Part shown: piece after piece, positions 56,485-64,000 of the stretch | How positions within the stretch are numbered: position 1 is the stretch's first letter | Layout of the letters: each line of letters starts with the position of its first letter | DNA from: Rhodosorus marinus CCMP1338 | Lineage: Eukaryota > Plantae > Rhodophyta | Direction: 5' to 3' | Assembly: GCA_029953675.1 (NCBI GenBank) | Contig: JAMWBK010000004.1 | Span: 1,054,001 to 1,118,000 of the forward strand | DNA: 64,000 nucleotides | Notes under the pieces: generated by a model | Databases searched by the model: none | Seen by the model: only the letters and a program-made list of their open reading frames with translations | What the model was told of the DNA's origin: nothing | Program-made: the position numbers and the translations under genes

Positions 56485-57095
56485 AGCGATGGCCAACCGC
56501 TCCTTCTTTGCGAGCATCCAGGGTCAGGACTACATGACCAAGGAGGACATCAGTACTTTTGTGTAACGCCCGGCCCAAGGATCCGATCCGAAGCAACGCT
56601 CAACATGCATGGGACTGGGAGTGCCTGGCAGGGCTACAGAGATACTGGCTGCCGCAGCTACACTTCTTCGATCACCACGTCTATATAATCGCCCATCACA
56701 CCACGATCCAACTGCTCCGCGACTCTGCCAGCGCCGTGCACTTCAAACCTACCCGAGGCCACCTCCCCCGGGATCGATGCATCCAAGCGGTGAAGCTCTG
56801 AACCTCGCCACCCTGAAGCAGGAGAACGAACCTTGCCGAAGGAGCCGAAGAAGCCGATCCCTCACCTTGGAAACGTGGTTTTATTCAACAAACCCTCTCC
56901 AAGGAGGCACACCATGGAGCTTTCCAAAGGCTGGCTCCCACGAGCAAATTTCACATGAAGATCGGGCCAGAATTCAGTCCGCAGCTGGAGCCGGATCGAG
57001 AGTGTGGTTACGGGAAATGCCGACGCTCGCGCCGAAAAAAGCTGAGTTTAGCAGAACTGAAGTGAATAAACGACAGCTGTTGGGTTTGCAAATAC
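56485..57095 (+). mobile_element. Family C internally deleted derivative: N-terminal module joined to the post-RT region
   Basis: MANRSFFASIQG..HAWDWECLAGLQ..FDHH, then ISHEDRARIQSAAGAGSRVWLREMP..RQLLGLQIPG. Confidence 0.7.
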
Positions 57096-57097
57096 CG

Positions 57098-57557
57098 GGA
57101 ATGAATTTATTTAATCGGAGGCTGAAAGAAAAAAGCCCCGAAGGGAAAACAAGACTAAGCGCGGCGAAGATCGCGCGCCTCCAATATCAAAAAGGCGTTC
57201 ATACGCCACAGTAAGAAACTTAAACCGGTAAACAACGAGGACAGACGGTCGGGCGATCGCGGAACAATTCCCGAAGCCAACGAGAACCAACGGAATCCAT
57301 AAGCCCAAAGCAGTCAATGACCAGAGGTACCAGGCGATGAGCTAGAGCCAGAGCACGAATCCCTGGGGAAGACAAGACCCCCGCATATTTCTACTATTTG
57401 CGACGTCTCATATTGGCAGCGGCAAATCCACGGCGCTCTCCCGCAGCCGGCAAATAGCGACTAGTTTGAGGGTTAGGAACGGGAAGATCAATGTAGGTCG
57501 TACGGCGGCTATCGTCACAGGTGACCGCGAGGTCAGCCACGCGGCGTTCATCATTCT
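57098..57557 (-). mobile_element. Family A RLE/3' fragment
   Basis: NDERRVADLAVTCDDSRRTTYIDL, followed by an A-type UTR. Possible TSD TACCGGGAA / TACTGGGAA. Confidence 0.85.
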
Positions 57558-57799
57558 GGTACTGGGAAACGGCGTCGGCCAAGTGTGAATGTGATAATGG
57601 GGCACGCCCTATGAGAGGGCCGTCCCTATCTGCCCTAGGCATATTGCGGTACTAATTTCAACGGCCTTGTCCGAATTTGTGCCCTATCCTACAGCCAAAT
57701 CGTCGATCATAACCGGTCCGCTCAAACTGTGATAACCTATCGCAGGCCGTGTGCAAGCCCCTATGCAAGCCCTATGGCCCTACGCCGGATGTTCTTCGG

Positions 57800-58200
57800 T
57801 GCGAACTCTAGGAGCCAATGAGAAGTTGTGGACTCGATGGGATGGGGTACGAGCTCGTAGATCGCTTCTGTTGGATGGTTAAGGGAGTAAGACGGATTAT
57901 GGTCGAACTTAGGGGTGTTATGGCGGAGGTGTGGTTGAAGTACATAGGTCTGCGGTTTCGAGTCTGACGTTTTAGCTATTGTTTTATCATGCACCCTTGA
58001 TCAAGCGAAGAGCTCTTCGTTTTAGAGAGCTGAGACGTACTATGATTGTTAAACGCGTTCCTTGTTTGCAGTCGATGGTAGCCAGGAGAGTTGTGGTCGA
58101 GTTCCTCCCCGGAGAACTGGCTGCGGTATCGTTTTCAATGGCGTGTTTATGTTTGGTTTGTGACTTACCACACCCGTTTACCACACGTTGAGTCCTTTTT
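57800..58200 (-). mobile_element. Possible decayed Ty3/gypsy integrase remnant
   Basis: Degenerate motif order VNGCGKSQTK (C..CQ..K), LPST, TSD, SYSLNHPTEA (like ST.YHPQT.G); stops present. Confidence 0.35.
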
Positions 58201-58499
58201 TTTTGACTGCTTTCTGTTGCGGAGCATCTCTTCTCCTCCCATTGTTCGTTACTTTGAGAAGCGGATGCAAAAGTATCTCTTCGCTCTCTCCCAGCTTGGC
58301 TTTCTCCTCTAAGATCGTGTCCGAGATATCAGGATCAAGATGTGCTAAAGTATCAACCTCATCAACATTTTCTGGTACAGAATTTGTTTTCAAGCCTTCC
58401 TTTCCTGCTTCCGTTCTGGGAGCTGGTGAAGCCGTTGTTTACCCGGTTCGCATTGACTCTACCTCAAAGTTTCAATAGTGTATGAAGTTGAAATGTTCA

Positions 58500-58830
58500 T
58501 CATCATCCGTTTATTCAGAGCCTAAGTACCCCAAGGAAAAGCGAATGTTCCGTGAATTTCTGCTCACCGCAAGACACCAACGGCTAAGCAGGGAAGCATG
58601 CCGAGCGATGCAAGCTAGCATACTACAAGGAGGGCGTGGCGACGGAGCGTCCAGATAATTCATTCCGATTGCCGTCGAAACGTTCGGCCTGGCCAGATGA
58701 CCTAGGATTTTCTGCGAGAAGCCTGTGGTCACCTGCTGACCAAGCTGGACGAGCTGAGCACCACGAGGGCGCAAATCAACAGATTACCTTGGACGGAGAA
58801 CGCAGAGCTTGTGATCTTTGCGGGTGGATC
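58500..58830 (+). mobile_element. Family C RLE fragment, degraded
   Basis: Across frames: ..AYYKEGVATERPDN.FIPIAVETFG. Confidence 0.65.
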
Positions 58831-59522
58831 AGTCGGACCAGTCACTGATCGCTTATTTTTCTTTTCGTCGCAGCTAAAGACCCCGGGGTGTGGAGTTAAG
58901 TTTAATCAATTTCCCTCGATAGTAAGCGCTCCCCACAGTGAAGGAAGCGCTGGATAGTTTCACACCCTCGTACAGGTTGTCCCCTCTTCATCACCGCAAT
59001 GTTTAGGTTCGCCGTCTCAAGCAAGGCCTGCTCCTCTGGCCATTTTTCAGTCTCAATTCCTGAGTGAGCGGGCATTACCACTTCCCGAATGATCGCGTGT
59101 TGTACCAAAAATAACTTATTCGTGAAGGTATGCTCTGTACGTTTCGTTCTCCTTCGACGCCAAAAGCGGGGAAAATGACCCGGCCAGAAAATTATAACAA
59201 TGAGAATTGCCGCCAACCGAGGTGGAAACAAAAATCAACTTTTTCGCGGCAACCCAAATGCTATCGAAAGTCCTCTTTTTTTCCTGGACGCATAGAAACG
59301 GTATTGACGGCTGTGGCAGCAGGAGTATTCGATGACCACGACACCAAACAATGCCAAAGCACGTGGAAATATTGATTGATAGTAGACGATTGCCGCAATA
59401 TTGACTGCTTTCCGTTGAAATCCTTCCATTTCCTGCAGATTCGGCAGACTCGCGTTGGCTAGTAGAGCCAGGATTCAATTACTATTTATTACAGGCGATA
59501 AACACTGCCTTTTAGATATAAA

Positions 59523-59706
59523 TCTTCGGGAGTTGTTCCGCGAACGCCCTGACCGTCTTCAATCGTTGTTTACCCGCTTAAGTTTCCTGCTGTGGCGCAT
59601 GAATGCCGCTTTGATGTTGGAGGCGCGAGTACTTCGCCGCGCTTAGTCTTTTTTTCCGCTCGGGGGTTTTTTTTTTCAGCCTCCGATTAAACCATTCGTT
59701 CGTTCG
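59523..59706 (+). mobile_element. Family A 184-bp 3' insertion with a perfect 11-bp target-site duplication
   Basis: TTAGATATAAA at 59512-59522 and 59707-59717; coding part identical to the A 3' end; tail CCA(TTCG)3. Confidence 0.92.
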
Positions 59707-60399
59707 TTAGATATAAAAGAATCCTTTTCGGTGAATTTTTTTGCTTAACCACGACGATTCCAGGTCGGATGCTTGGTGTTTATTTAATGGTTTATTTTCC
59801 CAGGCAGTTGAAAATAGTTGATATTATTGGCCGCTGCGGTAGCTCTTTCTTCGGGACACGCCAAACGTTGCTATATGTGGAGGTGAAACGAGGTAAGAAA
59901 AGGGTGATACCTGAAAATCAATTGTAAAAAACAAAGTTATCGGAATCGGGAAGGTCCTATAACTTCATTGGTTAATACGAAATGTTCTTGTCCAATGAAA
60001 TAGTTGTTTCTGCTGACAAAGAGCCTATCGTTTTGTTTTCGTAAGATTCATGTCGTGACTAAGTAGTGGGTCGGGTTTCTTGTATAGGAGAAATCTTTTT
60101 GTTCGGCGAAGTACAATTATCAAAGAAATTTGTTCTTCTTTTTTTTTGGTGGTGGGGGCAACACGCGTCAGGACGGCAGTCGCGTCGGGCTGTTTGACGG
60201 TGAAATACCACTTTTTATTGGCGAAGATAGACGGCGGTACGTGAAAAAGAGAAGAACTAGAAAAGCACTGGCGTGGTAGACAAATCAAAAACAGTTGATG
60301 GGTTTGTTTGTATATTGGCAATAATTGCCCTGAGATGTCGTTGGGTGTGTAGCAGGATCAGGATACTAAAGCGTCCATGGAAATGAATAGCCTGAATGA

Positions 60400-61250
60400 G
60401 AGAGGCTAAGCAGGAACTGGAGATGGGTAATACAATTCCCGCCATTATTGCTCCTCGTACAAATTGATTGTACGGACTCTGCTAGTCGCAAGCGGGGATG
60501 CCCCAACCGGATGTTGCTCTGAGATCTGCATTGTGGTTTAGTCGCGGCTTTATGGGCTTCGAAGAGGTGCGCTGCCAAACCAGTTACCGACTCACTACTC
60601 CGATCAAAACTCTGAAATTCTTCCCTGCCCAGGGAACTTCCTAAATGGCAGTGTAGCGGAAACGCTGAAACTGTTGGACAGCGCATGGATTCACGATCAT
60701 CCCCTCGCTTCGCAATAGTACGCACATATAAGCTCAGTAGCAGAGATCAGCAGAAACCCCAGAGTACAGCGGAGACAACTCCCAGCTGAGAAGATGTTTT
60801 CCACGGAAGGCCTACGCTCGATTAACTCTCGGACGAAGGTTCACCATGCACCAACTATTACGGCAGAACCAAACGTTCCATTCTCCTGCTGCACCTCCCA
60901 CACGTTCTGTCTCAACCAAACTCCCCTCCTGAAAATTGATCAGTGCTCTACATACTATCAACACACCAATCATCTACTATCACTAGACATCCGTCCCACT
61001 TCTCTAGAGAGGATGTGACGATCCAGCAGTCCAGCATTCCAAGCAATGTCCCGCTGAGCTAAATCTGCTCACCCCGTTAAATTTCTCCAGATCCTCGGCT
61101 TCTTGCGTGTATGTCCGCTTTGTCTGCATGTCCAGATCTTCTGTTTCAGGATCTTCCAGTTGTTTTTCTGTAGATTTCTCTGAGGTTTTGGGGTCCTCCG
61201 AGTTTTTGGAGAACGTCAGGTTTGACGGCGAAAACAAGAGCGGGGTTACG
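60400..61250 (-). mobile_element. Possible decayed LTR-retrotransposon gag remnant
   Basis: EDLEKFNGVSRF..LECW and FDRSSESVTGLAAHL loosely resemble gag motifs; broken frames. Confidence 0.3.
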
Positions 61251-61488
61251 TTAGTACCTTGGGGGGCCGGCTAAGCACTCATCGCGGGAACTCAAAATTC
61301 ACCCGAAGTTTCTTCCTTTTTTGTCCCGTCTGGTTCGTCATTTGTCATGAGGTGGGTCACCACCAATTTCTAAAAAAACGTGTCAGCACATCCTTTTCAC
61401 TGAAACGACAATGTTTTCAATTTCGTTTTCTTCTCTTTTGTCTGGTGTGCAGACTAAAGCGGAGGGAGGGAGGTGGTCCCATCGTGAC

Positions 61489-61594
61489 AAACGAAATTTC
61501 TCGTATCGATTCAGACTCGTGAGGAAGTGAGTGGATATCGAAACGAAACGAAATTTCTCGTATCGATTCAGACTCGTGAGGAAGTGAGTGGATA
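61489..61594. repeat. 57-bp tandem duplication
   Basis: AAACGAAATTTCTCGTATCGATTCAGACTCGTGAGGAAGTGAGTGGATA starts at 61489 and 61546. Confidence 0.9.
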
Positions 61595-63459
61595 GCACGG
61601 ACTCGTTGGTGAATAGTGAATTTGTTTAATCGGGCAAGTCCATTCACTGAGGTCCGAAATCCCTCATTTGACGCGGGACGCCCAATTTTTTCTTTTGAGG
61701 TGCAACAAAAATAGAAAAGAGGGACGAAAACAAATCCCTCTAAACTAGCTAAAATGGAAATTTATTTTTTGAACGAGTACCACTCCACGTCAGAGACAAG
61801 AAGAGCGGCTGAACCTTCACCAACCCAAAGGCCTGTAAAAAAGAAGATATGGGAAAAGAGAGCCCGCGACAAACGTGCGCTTGTTCATTTGTAGAGGCAG
61901 CTTTTGGGTGGCCGTCCCATCCCACGCTCCCGATTGAAAAAAAGAATGGCTTTTGATGTTTTCGTTGTAGTTTTATTCCAAAACCAAGAAACGCAGCAGC
62001 GCCACAAAAAGCCGCAACCTCGAGCAATCTAGTTTATTTGATATATTTCAATCTACCGTATCTTTGAATTATATGTATCTACATACCTGGGGGTCGTGGC
62101 GAACTATTTTATTGCTTTTATATACATACCTTTTGCGATGAATTATTACCTCTTTTACATTGTTCTTCATGACCGAGAATTTCTCGTTCCGCCCCCTAAG
62201 GGTCTGACTCCACTCATCGCAACAAGAACTTCAACCCGCTGCAAACACTTCTCAATTTCGCAGCAGCATGAGAAGAATAAGTGTATATTCCTGATCCGAG
62301 CTTATCAACTGTTTCGTATTTGGCAAGATAAGTCATCCCCATACATATCCTTAGACTAACGCACTCCATAAAATCACCTTCTCTAACCCCGGCCTTCTCT
62401 CCTCTGCACCAAAGCCCTCCAGACTACCAAAATAAAGACCAAAAAGCTTGCCCACGTGTGGACCATTTCATTATACGAACTCAATTTTGTTTTCACAACG
62501 AATGTTAATTACTAAAAACAAAAATGATACGTGTAAATTTAATTCCAATCTACACTTCTATCACTACAGTTTACAACTTTCAAAAACACTGATAGTTTCG
62601 TGTATTTCGACCCACACATCTATTAGAAAACCAAAATTTCGGGAAGCTGTCAGACCATCTGCACCACGTGAATTGGGAACGGTTAAATGATACCTCCGAG
62701 TTGTTACCACGTAAAACAAAAATAGATACGACGTGGTGTGTCGAATTTCTTTGCAATTAAATAAAAAAATTCTGTTGAGGAGGAATGAGACTTTTGAAGG
62801 GGGAGGAAGGGGGTGGGGGAGGAGGAGAGTATTTGTTCAACAAGTACCAAACCCGTCCCCCCCTTCGACGTGTCTAGGATGATAAACTCTCAACAGACCT
62901 AGCAAAATGTATTTCTTCATGGGAACAACGTACAAACCCTCACAGAAGGCTCTTATTGAGATATATATTCATGCTGCAAAACACAATCACCCCCCTTTGT
63001 TGCTGAATGCCAATTATCTCCAAGTTTCCATCCAAGGGGTTGGCGGGAGGAGGGGAGGGGATGGAGGCTTGGTGAAAATTGGCATCTTGCTCGGCTTTGA
63101 GAGAGTCAAGTCTTGGAGACAATTTTTGCTTTGCTTTCCTCTGGCTCTCGTTCAGATGATTGAGTTGAGGTGATGAGTTAGTGTTCACACTTGTGACTCA
63201 CTCTCTCTTCTCTCTCGCAGGACACCCACCCGGGAGTGTTAATTTTCCAGCAAACCAGAGTTGAGGTGCATTGGGAAGTTGTATAGAAATGGTTCATAGG
63301 TATATTGAAAGGCTGGGGGTGGAGACGGGAGTTGGGTGAGAGGAGAGTTGGGGTGAGCGAACCAATGGTGATATTTGCGCAATGCGGTAGGTAGCTGCCT
63401 AGTACAAGGCTACTGGGCGGGGGGAAGGTTTTGGGGTAATATATTAGGCTTTTTTCAAA

Positions 63460-64000
63460 ATGGGGAAATTTGTGTTTCTTGTTTTGGTTTTGTTGGGTTT
63501 GGTAGGATGGGGTGGGGTGGGGGGTGTGGTTGTGGAGATGGAGGATATTGTACATGAGACAGTTCTGGAGGGTGAGTTTGAGGTCCCAATAGATATTGAC
63601 TGGATTCCTGGGGATCCTCCGCGGATGATCTTGTGCGACAAGAGCGGGGTGATTTACTTGCAGATCGACGGGGTGCTGCAGTCGAAGCCTTTTTTAGATA
63701 TCTCGGATAAAGTCGTGAGCTTTGGCGATAGGGGGTTGGTGTCCTGTCTGATTGACAAGGAGTTTGAAAAGCGTCCGTTCCTGTACGTCTCCTACGTCGA
63801 CAACAGAGTCAATAATCCCGCGGATGGTCCCTTGTCCGGTAAGGTCGCCAGGTACGCAGTGGAGAGTGATCTTAGCTCTGCTTCGGAGGAGGAGGTCGTA
63901 TTGTTGGGTACGGAAACCCCGCCGCCGGAGGGATGCGGTACCACACCATCGATTGGAAAGAAGGACATCCTCTGTCTGGATACGAGACACCACAACCTCG
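63460..64000 (+). CDS. Secreted glucose/sorbosone dehydrogenase (GSDH)/HHIP-like beta-propeller protein; 5' part, open at the window edge
   Basis: My translation: MGKFVFLVLVLLGLVGWGGVGG..FEVPIDIDWIPGDPPRMILCDKSGVIY..KPFLDISDKVVSFGDRGLVSC..FEKRPFLYVSY. There is no stop in 180 codons, and the PFLDI..DRGL..F...YV.Y pattern is typical of this family. Confidence 0.8.
   Translation, partial: MGKFVFLVLVLLGLVGWGGVGGVVVEMEDIVHETVLEGEFEVPIDIDWIPGDPPRMILCDKSGVIYLQIDGVLQSKPFLDISDKVVSFGDRGLVSCLIDKEFEKRPFLYVSYVDNRVNNPADGPLSGKVARYAVESDLSSASEEEVVLLGTETPPPEGCGTTPSIGKKDILCLDTRHHNL

Noticed and set aside
41082-64000. Hint protein and HHIP-like protein in the same window as a proto-Hedgehog pathway
   Set aside because: They are 20 kb apart, there is no Hedge ligand domain, and both folds are widespread. 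Co-occurrence is adequately explained by the secreted-gene enrichment.
1-64000. tRNA, snRNA or spliced-leader target genes for the CRE elements
   Set aside because: No T-loop/cloverleaf, U1/U2/U5/U6 signature or conserved flanking target sequence was recognisable at insertion junctions.

Overview
Eukaryotic, intron-poor DNA. The lineage is probably a red alga; this is inferred from gene style, Hint/Hog proteins and CRE-type elements, not proven. A large fraction of the window is non-LTR retrotransposon sequence of the CRE/RLE type (RT, zinc knuckle, restriction-like endonuclease). It falls into three sequence families that I label A, B and C. These form nested, chimeric clusters (about 8.5-20.5, 23.5-27.5, 43.3-44.3, 46.7-51.6 and 55.8-59.7 kb) plus many short 3' fragments. 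There are also decayed Ty3/gypsy remnants and a small tandem array of TIR mini-elements. Between the clusters sit about ten host genes, almost all encoding predicted secreted proteins: a C2 protein, an EGF-C2 protein, a beta-propeller protein, two paralogous Cys-rich proteins, a trypsin-stalk-Hint fusion with one intron, an Ig-like repeat protein, and a GSDH/HHIP-like protein that runs off the right edge and is absent from the ORF track. The one clear housekeeping gene is a fatty-acid elongase. The most unusual signals are: (i) family B copies end in variable-number, degenerate 10-nt repeats (AATAAAGCCC/AGTAAAGYCC) whose first-strand cDNA would be a G-rich telomere-like strand; (ii) recurrent fold-back inverted duplications at family B 5' junctions, namely a 694-bp inverted repeat and twin perfect hairpins; (iii) tandemly reiterated 3' ends in all three families; (iv) a YHDD RT active site; (v) the protease-Hint fusion. 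Retroelement boundaries are approximate and were read by eye; no database searches were run.
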